A stretch of DNA of 64,000 nucleotides from Pseudomonadota bacterium (GCA_036336885.1 JAYZFG010000015.1:70813-134812); one strand, 5' to 3'. Shown: positions 29,850 through 40,006, counted from the first letter of the stretch. Numbers and translations are program-made. The notes: generated from the sequence alone by a model not told the origin.

Positions 29850-30782
29850 CTAACGACTGGCGATTGCTTCCTTATAGAAACTAAGATCAAGATATTTGTT
29901 TATATCGGTTAGCTGCTTCCCCTGCGGCGCATATTGGCTGCGAACTTCAAGCACTGTCTTGAGACCGTCCATATCAACTGTCCCCATTGGGATCAAACCG
30001 GTTTCTGGCACTAGAAGTTTTTCGAGGGCAGGGGTTACCGCATTTTCTGGCATTTGCGGCATATTGGCTCCTAGTACTCTCGCGGCCTCCTCCTTATTCG
30101 ACTGAACAAACGTCCAATCAAGGGCGTCGAGATAGCCGTTAATAAACGAGATCATTGTCGGACGATTTTCATTCGCCCAGCCCCGCATCGCTCCAAACAT
30201 TTGACCCGGATAATTTTTAAATGTCTGCAAACTACTTTCAAGAATAGTGTAACCGCCCGCCCGCGCCTGACCCGTAAAGGGCTCAATTAAAAGTGTGCCG
30301 GCATATTCACCTCGTTGTACTGCTTCCCAACGGTGTGGTGTTGCACCAACCGAGACTAATTCATAATCCTCCGCTGTAAGACCTGCTTTGTCTAGCATCC
30401 GGTAAAGCACAAATGCGAACCCCGTGGCCAAAGCATCCATCGCCAGAGATTTACCCTTTAAATCTGCAAAACTCTCGATGCCTTTAGCCACTACAAAAGA
30501 AAGCTCAATTTGAGTTGAACCCATAAAAACAAAGAGGTCAGGATCGCGGTCTAGTTCTACCTCTCCTGCACCTTCCTGGTAGGCAATGAAGTTATCCACG
30601 GCACTGCAAGCTATATCAAATTCGCCACCGACCAGTTTTTGTGCCTGATACATTGAGCTTGGTGTACGCTCAAGATCAACTGACACGCCCCGTTGTTCGA
30701 AAAACCCTTTATCTATTCCCACGAAAAGCGGTAACAGTCCGGTCCCAGGGAATCCAATTAATCTAAGTTTTGGCGTCGCCAT
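29850..30782 (-). CDS. NMT1/THI5-like periplasmic-binding-protein-fold protein, leaderless (NitT/TauT SBP family)
   Basis: 310 aa. It starts directly with the first strand, MATPKLRLIGFPGTGLLPLFVGIDKGFFEQRGV, with no signal peptide or lipobox. No permease or ATPase gene is nearby. It lies 12 bp downstream of a Mo-hydroxylase large subunit. Confidence 0.7.
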   Translation of the reverse strand: MATPKLRLIGFPGTGLLPLFVGIDKGFFEQRGVSVDLERTPSSMYQAQKLVGGEFDIACSAVDNFIAYQEGAGEVELDRDPDLFVFMGSTQIELSFVVAKGIESFADLKGKSLAMDALATGFAFVLYRMLDKAGLTAEDYELVSVGATPHRWEAVQRGEYAGTLLIEPFTGQARAGGYTILESSLQTFKNYPGQMFGAMRGWANENRPTMISFINGYLDALDWTFVQSNKEEAARVLGANMPQMPENAVTPALEKLLVPETGLIPMGTVDMDGLKTVLEVRSQYAPQGKQLTDINKYLDLSFYKEAIASR

Positions 30783-30794
30783 TTTTATTGTCCT

Positions 30795-33140
30795 CTATAA
30801 CTTGCTATTCACCCGCATGGCCTCCCAAATTTTCAGAGGTGTTAGCGGCATTTTGATATGCTCTACCCCATAACCCTGTAGCGCATTAACTACAGCATTA
30901 GTTATAACTGCTGGTGCCGGTGTTGTACCACCCTCCCCGCCAGCCTTTACGCCCAAGGGATTGGTAGGGGATGGCACTTCATTTAGAGCCGTTTTAAAGT
31001 CAGGAAAATGATCCGCCCGCGGCATACCATAATCCATAAAAGACCCACAAAGAGGTTGGCCATCAGGGTCGAATACACATTCTTCCCACATTGCCTGACC
31101 GACACCTTGGACAATGCCCCCATGGGTCTGTCCATCCACGATCAGCGGGTTGATCGCGCGACCGACGTCATCCACCGCGGCATACCGGACAATTTGCGGT
31201 ACACCGGTTTCTTCATCAATTTCAATTTCGCAAATATGGCAGCCATTGGGAAATACCGGCGTATGCATCTCGTTATCTTCTACCACCGACAATCCATCCA
31301 CAAGATCGTCGGGTAAATCGAATTTATCTGCCTCAGAGCTAAGCTCAAAAAAATCAAGCCTCTGATCGGTTCCCGAGACAGCAAAAACACCATTGGAGAA
31401 TTCTATATCTTCGAGAGCGGCTTCAAATACGTACCCCGCAATTTTCTTTCCCTTCTCAATCAAAGCCTGTGAAGCTTTGACAATGACCGTCCCTGCCATT
31501 CTCATTGACCGGCCAGAATGGGAACCACCCCCCACCTTTACGATATCTGTATCACCTACGATTACGTTTATTTTTTCTATTGTCAGTCCGAGCCGCTCCG
31601 CAGCTACTTGGGCAAAACTAGTTTCGTGCCCTTGCCCACTTGGCTGTGTACCAATTACTAAATTAAGTCTTTTTTCTTGAGTAGAAATATGAAGCTCCGC
31701 CTGTTCAACTGGTGTCCCAATTGAGCTTTCTACATAGTGAGCAACGCCGCGACCAAGAATTTTCCCACGCAACCTGGCCTCGTTTTTTCGGCTTTCAAAA
31801 CCATCCCATTCACTAAGTCCGATCACCATATCGAGACTTTTTTCATATTTTCCACTGTCATATTGCATTCCAACAGCATTTGTGTACGGCATTTCTTCGT
31901 CGCGAACCAGATTTTTACGGCGGAGTTCGATCGGATCAAAACCCAGAACCCGCGCTGTTTTTTCAACCAAACACTCGACACAATAGATAATTTCAGGCCT
32001 TCCAGAGCTGCGATAGGCATTTGTCGGGGGAGTGTTTGAAAATGTCGCCCGGGACCTTAAATGTGCTACTGGTATCCGATAGGATCCTGTGATGATCCCA
32101 GAGCCCTTGGAAAGGGGAGAAAGCGAAACACATTTAGCGCCAACATTGCTTATGTTAGATGATCTTAGAGCCTTAAAGGTACCATCTGAATCTAGTGCCA
32201 GTTCCATATCGACTATAAGGTCACGCCCTTGATAGTCGCTGACAAATGCCTCCGACCTTTCAACCGTGAGTTTCACTGGTCTCCCAACTTTTCTTGAGGC
32301 CCAAGCAACCAATGGAAACTCTACAAAAAGCCTATTCCGTGTGCCGAAATTCCCTCCAACATCGAGAGCATAAACCCGCACTTTATTATTCTCTACGCCC
32401 AACACCGATGCGATTTCCCGTTTTTGTCGCACCGTTCCGCCGCTTCCAGCGTAGACAGTATATTTATCCGCAATTGGATCATAGTTACCGAGCGCAGACC
32501 GTGGCTCCATGGGCACCCCAGTAACACGAGGAATATCGAAAGACATTTTTACAACGTGATCAGCCTTTTTAAAGGCCTCTTTAGTAGCACCTTCATTACC
32601 AAAATGTGTTTCAACGAAAATATTGTTTGGAATTTCATCATAAAGTTTTGGTGCTTCCGGTGCGACTGCCGCCCGAGTATGGGTTACCGACGACAACACA
32701 TCATAATCTATTTCGATAACTTCAGCCGCTTCCACGGCCTGTGCTTTAGTCTCCGCAACAACCATCGCCACTGCTTCCCCGACATAACGGGCCTTATCGG
32801 TTGGCAATACGGTGTTAATGCCTGCAAAACTATTATCTCCAACTCTACCACCTGGGCCATGTAGTTTCATATCGAATTGGGTTGATGGGAAAGGACTGTG
32901 TGGGATTTGGCCAAGCTCGTCAGCTTCACAATCTTCACCAGTAAAAACGCCTAATATACCTGGATATTCCCTCGCTTTTTCAGAATCAATCTCTTTAATA
33001 ACCGCATGGGCAAAAGGACACCGAACCATCACAGCCCAGCACTGGTTGGGCAAACTATGATCGTCACTAAACTCTCCTTCACCGACCAGTAGCCGATGAT
33101 CCTCTTTGCGCCGGATTGGTTGTCCTATTACTCCATCCAT
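30795..33140 (-). CDS. Xanthine-dehydrogenase-family molybdopterin-binding large subunit (CoxL-like), orphan
   Basis: 781 aa with an N-terminal RRKEDHRLLVGEGEFSDD (a/b-hammerhead start), the active-site loop PPTNAYRSSGRPE and the C-terminal GVKAGGEGGTTPAP (catalytic Glu). It has no N-terminal 2Fe-2S domain. Confidence 0.9.
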   Translation of the reverse strand: MDGVIGQPIRRKEDHRLLVGEGEFSDDHSLPNQCWAVMVRCPFAHAVIKEIDSEKAREYPGILGVFTGEDCEADELGQIPHSPFPSTQFDMKLHGPGGRVGDNSFAGINTVLPTDKARYVGEAVAMVVAETKAQAVEAAEVIEIDYDVLSSVTHTRAAVAPEAPKLYDEIPNNIFVETHFGNEGATKEAFKKADHVVKMSFDIPRVTGVPMEPRSALGNYDPIADKYTVYAGSGGTVRQKREIASVLGVENNKVRVYALDVGGNFGTRNRLFVEFPLVAWASRKVGRPVKLTVERSEAFVSDYQGRDLIVDMELALDSDGTFKALRSSNISNVGAKCVSLSPLSKGSGIITGSYRIPVAHLRSRATFSNTPPTNAYRSSGRPEIIYCVECLVEKTARVLGFDPIELRRKNLVRDEEMPYTNAVGMQYDSGKYEKSLDMVIGLSEWDGFESRKNEARLRGKILGRGVAHYVESSIGTPVEQAELHISTQEKRLNLVIGTQPSGQGHETSFAQVAAERLGLTIEKINVIVGDTDIVKVGGGSHSGRSMRMAGTVIVKASQALIEKGKKIAGYVFEAALEDIEFSNGVFAVSGTDQRLDFFELSSEADKFDLPDDLVDGLSVVEDNEMHTPVFPNGCHICEIEIDEETGVPQIVRYAAVDDVGRAINPLIVDGQTHGGIVQGVGQAMWEECVFDPDGQPLCGSFMDYGMPRADHFPDFKTALNEVPSPTNPLGVKAGGEGGTTPAPAVITNAVVNALQGYGVEHIKMPLTPLKIWEAMRVNSKL

Positions 33141-33225
33141 CTCTTTTCTCTACTGCCATACGGTAGCGTATGGTGATCCATTTTTGCCTGATCTCTGCCT
33201 ACGGGTCAACGGAGTAAATACCCTA

Positions 33226-34293
33226 TCACCGACCTCCAAGATGCGCCGCCAGCCAATCCGCTGTTTGCGGTCTAACGCTGTAGGGTCGGTTGTGGCAAAC
33301 GTGGTTCCCATCCTCAACAATGGACACCACCTTAGGTCCTGAGACATCCGCAGCAAGTTGATTTGCGGCCTCTACAGCGGTTATGCGGTCCAGTCCACCC
33401 GCAACGATGTAAATTGGACACGTAATCTCCTTTGCACAATCTTTGAGTGTCAAAGTCTTACCGTTGACATGGGCTTCCTCGAGATTCTTTGCGTGAGACC
33501 GAATTCGGAACACCTCCTTATTCAAATCTGACTTTTTATCCCAATTTTCAGCCCAGTCATATGCGCCAGAAATAGAAACACAAGCTTTAATTCGTTTCTC
33601 AAATGCGGCGGCTCTTGGGGCATGATAACCTCCCAGGCTGACACCAAATATGCCTACTTGTTTTGCATTGAGGTCAGGGCGGCATTCTATCCAGTCAATA
33701 ATCGCCGTAGCAACGGATTCGTAGTCTCCGCGAATAGGCAAATCATATTCGGCCTCACCCTGCCCCGGTCCATCGATAGGCAGGGTTGCCATTCCACGTG
33801 CCAGAAGGGTTGGTGAGTAACCAAAGATCTCTTCCTTTGTGGCTTCTAATCCAGGCACTAGTATCACAACAGGCGGTTTTTCTATACCGGGAGGTTTCCT
33901 TAGGTTGCCATAGAGCTTTTTTCCTTCAAAAGGGATTGCTACCCGCTCACCGGGTGGTTCCATATGGGGTAGCGCGAGGCGATGGCATTCTATCGCCTTT
34001 TTATGAGTAGCCCGCATTTTATCGGGAAACTGAACAGCCATAAACTTAGCAAAATGATACAAAAGAGATGCAGTAGTAAGATGTTCCGAGGCACTGAGGC
34101 TGTTGCCATTCTCTAAAGCATCAAGGCCCAGTGCCTCATGCACTTCCGCACGGGCTGCCCAACGGGGCAACCAATCCTCCCACTTTTCAAGACCAGCTGT
34201 CACTTGCTGAAAATCAGCAAGGGGCACCCCGCTAGTAATAAATCGCGGCGTGAAATTGCTGATTACTGTATCAATTTCTGGTGCACGAGCCAT
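33226..34293 (-). CDS. Alpha/beta hydrolase, FrsA / 2,6-dihydroxypseudooxynicotine-hydrolase-like
   Basis: 355 aa. A helical N-terminal domain is followed by VAIPFEGKKLYGNLRKP...PVVILVPGLEATKEE, IDGPGQGE, the nucleophile GVSLGG and ITCPIYIVAGGLD. It is the same family as 41744-42979. Confidence 0.7.
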   Translation of the reverse strand: MARAPEIDTVISNFTPRFITSGVPLADFQQVTAGLEKWEDWLPRWAARAEVHEALGLDALENGNSLSASEHLTTASLLYHFAKFMAVQFPDKMRATHKKAIECHRLALPHMEPPGERVAIPFEGKKLYGNLRKPPGIEKPPVVILVPGLEATKEEIFGYSPTLLARGMATLPIDGPGQGEAEYDLPIRGDYESVATAIIDWIECRPDLNAKQVGIFGVSLGGYHAPRAAAFEKRIKACVSISGAYDWAENWDKKSDLNKEVFRIRSHAKNLEEAHVNGKTLTLKDCAKEITCPIYIVAGGLDRITAVEAANQLAADVSGPKVVSIVEDGNHVCHNRPYSVRPQTADWLAAHLGGR

Positions 34294-34409
34294 TTTGGCC
34301 TCCCTAATTCTGCTTAATTCTTTAATCTACAAAATGCCTCGCCACTCACCCCCTGACAAGGAACAGACCATAGGATACGATTTATACAGGAAAAAAATTG
34401 AGGCGAAAC

Positions 34410-35600
34410 GTGATTACAACACACATTACGAATATTGGTGAATTTTTTACAGGCGATCTTAATGAACCAACGTCGCAGGTTACATCATTGCTCATAGAGG
34501 GTTCGTACATAAAAAGCTTTAACCCCCCCGGTGACGTATCTTCCGATATTACCATTGACGCAGAAGGTAGCGCAGTTCTACCCGGTTTAGTGGATGGACA
34601 CATACATCCGGTATTTGGGGAATGGACCCCTGCACAAGACTCAATTGGATGGATCACCAACTATATGCACGGGGGGAGTACAACACTAATTTCTGCTGGG
34701 GAATTACATACGCCTGGGCTCGATTACGAAAACCTCACCCCGGACTTGGTCACCTCGCTCGCAGAAGTTGCAAAAGCCACAACGGGTCGTATTAGATGGA
34801 GCGGCACGAAGGTGCACGCCGGAACATGTCTTTTAGTCCCAGGGATGGAAGAAAGCCATTTTGACCGTCTGAAGGAGGCAGGCTCAATACTTGTCAAATT
34901 CATCTTCTTTCCCTTAGAGGAAAACAAGGACGAGGCAATACGTTATAGCAAAATGGCAAGAGAGCGCGGATTGCGTACCAAGGTGCATACCGGCGGAGTA
35001 TCACGCTCCGGCTCGAGCCGCGTTTGTGGTTTCGATACCCTATCATGGCTTCAGCCGGATATCGCCGCCCATGTCTCTGGCGGACCAATCCCCATGTCCG
35101 ACGACGATCTCGATTTGCTTATCGACAATACAGAATTTGCACTCGAAGTTTGTTCCTCCAACAATTATCGTTCAACCTACTTAGTAGCAAATCGACTAAT
35201 GGAAATAGGCCGACTGGATAGATTGACGATGGGGACAGATACACCAGGTGGTACTGGTGTTATCCCCCGGGGTATGCTCCGCAATATTTTGTTTTTGTCG
35301 TCAATGTGCGGGATGGACCCTGGCCAAGCTATTGCTGTTGCAACGGGAAATACCTCAAAGGCGCATGGCCTAAACGTCGGGGTTTTAAAAGAGGGTGCCC
35401 CAGCAGATTTAATAATTGCCGGTCCCGTCAAGGGTTCCGCTGGTACAACGCTTTCAGATGCTATCTCCCACGGTGATCTACCCGGCATTTCCTTTGTATT
35501 GATTGATGGAAAAGTAGTGATTGAAACCCGCAGCCAACAGACACCACCACCAATGCAAATAGCACATTTTTTAGATACCCCGGGCTGCCCGTTCTGTTAA
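34410..35600 (+). CDS. Amidohydrolase-superfamily enzyme, enamidase-like (tentative)
   Basis: The track ORF starts at TTG 34398. GTG 34410 has GAGG 6 nt upstream. It carries the HxH metal motif VDGHIHP, plus KVHTGG, AAHVSGGP, MGTDTPGGTG and GDLPGISFVLIDGKVV. This resembles my recollection of E. barkeri enamidase, but I could not verify it. Confidence 0.65.
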   Translation: MITTHITNIGEFFTGDLNEPTSQVTSLLIEGSYIKSFNPPGDVSSDITIDAEGSAVLPGLVDGHIHPVFGEWTPAQDSIGWITNYMHGGSTTLISAGELHTPGLDYENLTPDLVTSLAEVAKATTGRIRWSGTKVHAGTCLLVPGMEESHFDRLKEAGSILVKFIFFPLEENKDEAIRYSKMARERGLRTKVHTGGVSRSGSSRVCGFDTLSWLQPDIAAHVSGGPIPMSDDDLDLLIDNTEFALEVCSSNNYRSTYLVANRLMEIGRLDRLTMGTDTPGGTGVIPRGMLRNILFLSSMCGMDPGQAIAVATGNTSKAHGLNVGVLKEGAPADLIIAGPVKGSAGTTLSDAISHGDLPGISFVLIDGKVVIETRSQQTPPPMQIAHFLDTPGCPFC

Positions 35601-35621
35601 CCAAATTAGAAGGAACTGACC

Positions 35622-36341
35622 ATGGAAGATGTTACTAATACTATACGCGATCTTGTCATTGCGAACCGTATTCTGGCACGTGAAGGAGTGGTTGATGCAT
35701 TTGGACATATCAGCGTTCGTAACCCCAACAATCCAGAGAGTTATTTTATCTCAATATCACGAGCTCCTGAGCTCATTACGATAAACGATATTGTTGAGTT
35801 CCGCCTCGACGGCGAACCCATCGGCAACTTGGAAGGTCGAACACCATATGGTGAGCGTGCTATTCACGGGGGTATTTATGAAATTCGCAAGGACGTGAAC
35901 TCGGTCGTTCACAACCATTCGCAGGAAGTTGTTCCATTTGCCGCTACCAATACCCTTATAAGACCCCTTTTGCATATGAGTGCGCCCATAGGAGTCCACA
36001 TACCGATATGGGATATTCGAGACAACTTTGGAGAAACAAATCATCTGGTAGTCACAATGGAACAAGGGCGCGACCTTGCGTCCACCCTCGGTGACAACGC
36101 TTCGGCTTTGATGAAACGCCACGGCTGTGTTTGTGCCCGTCGCAACATTCGTGAAGTAGTCATGACAGCGGTATATCTGCAAGCTACGGCAAAGATGATC
36201 ACTCAGGCTATGATCATTGGCGGAGAAATTGATTATTTAACCCCTGGAGAGGTTGACCTTTGCAATGTCAATCAACTTGGCCCATTAGGCCTTGATCGTG
36301 CATGGGAATATTGGGTGATGCGCTCGGGTTACGAAGATTAA
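35622..36341 (+). CDS. Class II aldolase/adducin-family protein
   Basis: 239 aa with AFGHISVR, ERAIHGGIYEIRKDVNSVVHNHS (zinc-ligand His cluster) and MKRHGCV. Confidence 0.85.
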   Translation: MEDVTNTIRDLVIANRILAREGVVDAFGHISVRNPNNPESYFISISRAPELITINDIVEFRLDGEPIGNLEGRTPYGERAIHGGIYEIRKDVNSVVHNHSQEVVPFAATNTLIRPLLHMSAPIGVHIPIWDIRDNFGETNHLVVTMEQGRDLASTLGDNASALMKRHGCVCARRNIREVVMTAVYLQATAKMITQAMIIGGEIDYLTPGEVDLCNVNQLGPLGLDRAWEYWVMRSGYED

Positions 36342-36362
36342 CGAGTTTTCGGGAGACAAAGG

Positions 36363-36548
36363 ATGCGATTGTTAAAGGTTTTTAAAGATACCGAGATTGT
36401 CATAGCTGATATAGAGGTAAACCTTGGAACGGAAGTCCGTTCTTCACCAACACTTTGCGCCCGGCATCATGGAAAAATAATTCCACTTAACACTCCAGAT
36501 GGAAGACCAATTTTAATGAATGTGGAAAATGCCATAGATGGAGATTAA
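36363..36548 (+). CDS. Hypothetical small protein (61 aa), uncertain
   Basis: ATG preceded by GGGAGACAAAGG. It fills the 197-bp gap between the aldolase gene and the Mo-hydroxylase gene and overlaps the latter's ATG by 11 nt. I recognise no motif. Confidence 0.3.
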   Translation: MRLLKVFKDTEIVIADIEVNLGTEVRSSPTLCARHHGKIIPLNTPDGRPILMNVENAIDGD

Positions 36549-38913
36549 ATATCCTCGTACAACCTCTGGAGCAAAAAAAAGTGGTGTAGGAATATCGGTT
36601 CCTCGATGGGAAGATCACCGGCTTCTGACGGGTCAGGGACGTTTTACCGACGACCACAATATGGATGGCCAGATATATGCTGCCTTTGTTCGAACAAAAC
36701 ATTCCCATGCAAAGATAAAAACAATTGATCTTTTGTCAGCAAAAGCCATGGAAGGGGTTGCCGCTGTTTTTACTGCTAAGGATTTGGAAGAGGACGGTGT
36801 GAATGTCCTTCCTTCAGACGTAATCAACCGCGGACCAATATATCCCAATAAGGATGGGTCAATTATGGCAGATCCACCATATTTTCCCCTGGCAAGGGAA
36901 AAAGTCCGCCACGTCGGAGACCCGGTTGCAATCGTATTGGCCAACTCGCCCGAGACAGCCATAGAAGCAGCAGAGGAAGTCATTATTGAATACGCCCTCC
37001 TCCCAAGTGTTAGCGATACCACGGCTGCTCAATTGGATGGGCAACCACAACTCTGGACAGAAGTCCAAAACAATACCTGTTTCGACTGGGTTGCGGGTGA
37101 CGAAACCGAAACCGACAAATCCCTTGAAGAAGCAACCCATAATGCAACCATCGAGGTTATCGACAACCGGGTCGTAATTTGTTTCATGGAACCCCGCGGA
37201 GCTCTCGCTTTTTATGACAACCAAACCCAACAGCATACACTTCATATTGGTTGTCAGGGTGTTCATGCCACTCGGGACCGACTTTCCTATATTTTAGGAA
37301 TAAAACCAGACCAAATCCGTGTTATATCCCGTGATGTTGGAGGTGGATTTGGCTCACGTTCGTTCACTTATCCGGAATATCCGGTAATCATGTGGGCAGC
37401 CAAGCAGCTCGGAAGGCCAGTGAAATGGCTCGCTTCGCGATCAGAGGACTTTAACAGTGCCAATCAAGGTCGTGATTATTTTTTACGAGGTACACTTGGC
37501 CTAAATGCCGATGGAGATTTTATAGCTCTCAAGGTATCTGGTATTTGCAATCTTGGGGCCTATTTGGCGGGAAGTTCACCATTTACGGCATTACGAAACG
37601 TTACCCGTCTGCTTCCTGGTGTATACAAAATTCCGACTTTATACCTTAACCTACAAGGGGTTTTCACAAATAGCGTACCCGTTGCCTCCTATCGGGGTGT
37701 AGGGCGCGTGGAGGCAATATATACCCTTGAGCGATTAATCGACGAGGCCTCGCGGATCACGGGATTTGATCGTGTAAAATTGAGGAAACAAAATTTAATA
37801 TCGCCAAACTCCATGCCCTATACCACCCCGGTAGGGTCCACCTATGATAGTGGTGAATATGCCAAAAATATGAGCATCGCGTTAGAAAATTCTGAATGGT
37901 ATAACTTCGCAGATCGCCGCGACGAGGCTGCTAGTCGGGGTAAACTGCGGGGTATTGGCATTTGTAACTATATAGAGGGTGCCGGCGGAGTCCCCAAAGA
38001 GTATGGCCGCATAACAGTCAGAGAAAACGGCACAGTCCAACTTGCTGTAGGGTCAGTGGCTCAGGGCCAAGGCCATGAAACCACAATGCGTCAAATCATC
38101 GCTCAAAAACTGGGTATCCAAGTTGACAGTATTGAAATGGTAGAGGCAGACACCGCTCTCATAAAAGATGGTGTTGGAACGAACGCCTCTCGCAGCATCG
38201 TCCGGGCTGGTCCGGCGCTGGTTAAGGCCGCGGACAAAGCCATACAAGCGGGGCTAGGCGCAGCCGCTGATCTGTTAGAGGCTTCGCCAAAAGATGTTTC
38301 TTTCAAAGATGGCTACTACAATGTTATCGGCACTGATCGCTCGGTGAGCATGTTTGACGTCGCCGGCTCTATCTCCTGTTCAAGTTCTCAACATAGTGCA
38401 GCTGGTGAGTTTGGAGGTGATGCGATTCACAACAACGATGAAATTACATATCCGAATGGTTGTCATGTATGCGAAGTAGAAATTGACCCCGAAACCGGAG
38501 AATTGGAAATTATTGCATTTACTGTGGTCGATGATGTCGGTCGGGCGATAAATCCCATGATCGTACATGGTCAATCGCAGGGAGCGATAGCACAGGGAAT
38601 AGGGCAAGCGCTATTTGAACACACGGTCTATGACCCCGAAACAGGTCAGCAACTCACGGGATCATTTATGGATTACGCACTACCCACTGCTCGAGATCTT
38701 CCATTTATTAACGGAACCCTTAATGAGGTTTACAGCCCCACCAATACCCTGGGAGCAAAGGGGGCCGGCGAAGGAGGTACTACGGGCGCTCCTGCTGCAG
38801 TTATTAATGCCGTGCTGGATGCTTTGGCACCCACGGGCGTTGAAAAAATTGATATGCCAGCGACGCCCCAACGAATCTGGCAGACAATTCAGAATTATAA
38901 TTCGGCAAATTAA
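36538..38913 (+). CDS. Xanthine-dehydrogenase-family molybdopterin-binding large subunit (CoxL/aldehyde-oxidase-like), orphan
   Basis: 791 aa with PRWEDHRLLTGQGRFTDD, the active-site loop VPVASYRGVGRVE and the C-terminal GAKGAGEGGTTGAP. It has no 2Fe-2S domain. Confidence 0.9.
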   Translation: MEIKYPRTTSGAKKSGVGISVPRWEDHRLLTGQGRFTDDHNMDGQIYAAFVRTKHSHAKIKTIDLLSAKAMEGVAAVFTAKDLEEDGVNVLPSDVINRGPIYPNKDGSIMADPPYFPLAREKVRHVGDPVAIVLANSPETAIEAAEEVIIEYALLPSVSDTTAAQLDGQPQLWTEVQNNTCFDWVAGDETETDKSLEEATHNATIEVIDNRVVICFMEPRGALAFYDNQTQQHTLHIGCQGVHATRDRLSYILGIKPDQIRVISRDVGGGFGSRSFTYPEYPVIMWAAKQLGRPVKWLASRSEDFNSANQGRDYFLRGTLGLNADGDFIALKVSGICNLGAYLAGSSPFTALRNVTRLLPGVYKIPTLYLNLQGVFTNSVPVASYRGVGRVEAIYTLERLIDEASRITGFDRVKLRKQNLISPNSMPYTTPVGSTYDSGEYAKNMSIALENSEWYNFADRRDEAASRGKLRGIGICNYIEGAGGVPKEYGRITVRENGTVQLAVGSVAQGQGHETTMRQIIAQKLGIQVDSIEMVEADTALIKDGVGTNASRSIVRAGPALVKAADKAIQAGLGAAADLLEASPKDVSFKDGYYNVIGTDRSVSMFDVAGSISCSSSQHSAAGEFGGDAIHNNDEITYPNGCHVCEVEIDPETGELEIIAFTVVDDVGRAINPMIVHGQSQGAIAQGIGQALFEHTVYDPETGQQLTGSFMDYALPTARDLPFINGTLNEVYSPTNTLGAKGAGEGGTTGAPAAVINAVLDALAPTGVEKIDMPATPQRIWQTIQNYNSAN

Positions 38914-39050
38914 AATAAGCGCTGAATATAAAATGTTTGGGTTAGAAACTTCCGGAAAACTTTTAATGGTTCCTCACCACGCTAGACCATCCATTGACCT
39001 CCTTCATGTCAAACTATAGGACTGATGAAAGAAACGTTGGAGTGAGAACT

Positions 39051-39920
39051 ATGAAAATTTGTAGATACAACGACAACAGGTTCGGCATTGTGAGGGATGA
39101 TGTTGTTTATGATGTCTCTGACGTTGTTAAGTCGGAATTGCCCCCATACCGCTATCCTCTACCAATCGGAGACCAACTTGTTGCCAACCTTGAGGCCATG
39201 AGACCAAAACTGGAACAAGCTGCCGACACTGCCCCTGGTAAACCCGTTAATGAACTAAGTTTTTTAAGTCCTGTTGCAAATCCTACCAAAATCATCGGTG
39301 TACCACAAAATTATGAAGACCACGCTCAGGAGGCTACGGCAGACGCGGGCATTTCGCAGGGTTTGCCTCGTCGTAAAATGGAAGATCAAGGATTATTCCT
39401 TAAAGCAAATAGCGCACTCACAGGCCCGGCTGAGGGTGTCGCCATTAGATTCCGTGATCGCCGAACGGATCATGAAGCTGAGTTAGGAGTCATAATTGGC
39501 CGCAAAGGAAGTGACATTCCCCATGACGAGGCACTTTCCTACGTTGGTGGGTACGCTATTGCTATGGATATGGTGGTAAGAGGGAAAGAAGACCGTAGTT
39601 TTAGAAAATCAGTCGACACCTATGCCGTCCTCGGGCCGTGGCTTGTGACTGCCGATGAAATTGATGATCCAGGGCAGTTAGATTTTGTCCTGACAATAGA
39701 TAATGAAATTCGACAACAGAATAACACACGAAATTTAATCCTAAATCTCCAAGGACAAATTGCATGGGCTTCAAAATTTTACACATTATATCCCGGCGAC
39801 ATTATAATGTCAGGCACCTGTGCAGGGGTCGGTCCTGTCAAACCAGGTGATGTTATGCACTTGGAATTTCAGCATATTGGCGCTATGGATGTACCAGTTC
39901 GCGCTCACGAGACCTATTAG
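39051..39920 (+). CDS. Fumarylacetoacetate hydrolase (FAH)-family hydrolase/isomerase/decarboxylase
   Basis: The track ORF starts at 38994. ATG 39051 has GGAG 8 nt upstream and gives 289 aa. HEAELGVIIG, GYAIAMDMVVRG and PGDIIMSGT are FAH-fold metal/substrate motifs. Confidence 0.88.
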   Translation: MKICRYNDNRFGIVRDDVVYDVSDVVKSELPPYRYPLPIGDQLVANLEAMRPKLEQAADTAPGKPVNELSFLSPVANPTKIIGVPQNYEDHAQEATADAGISQGLPRRKMEDQGLFLKANSALTGPAEGVAIRFRDRRTDHEAELGVIIGRKGSDIPHDEALSYVGGYAIAMDMVVRGKEDRSFRKSVDTYAVLGPWLVTADEIDDPGQLDFVLTIDNEIRQQNNTRNLILNLQGQIAWASKFYTLYPGDIIMSGTCAGVGPVKPGDVMHLEFQHIGAMDVPVRAHETY

Positions 39921-40006
39921 GTCGACGTGAGGTCGAGTTTGAAGGGCAGCTCCATGAGCCTTACAGCGTCGGCGTTGATAATAATCAATAGTAAGAGACC
40001 ATAAAT

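Noticed and set aside
33156-33173. Inverted repeat CCATAC-ggtagc-GTATGG between the FrsA-like hydrolase stop and the Mo-hydroxylase start.
   Set aside because: It has only a 6-bp stem and no U-tract. It lies within an apparent operon spacer, so it is too weak to call a terminator or regulatory hairpin.
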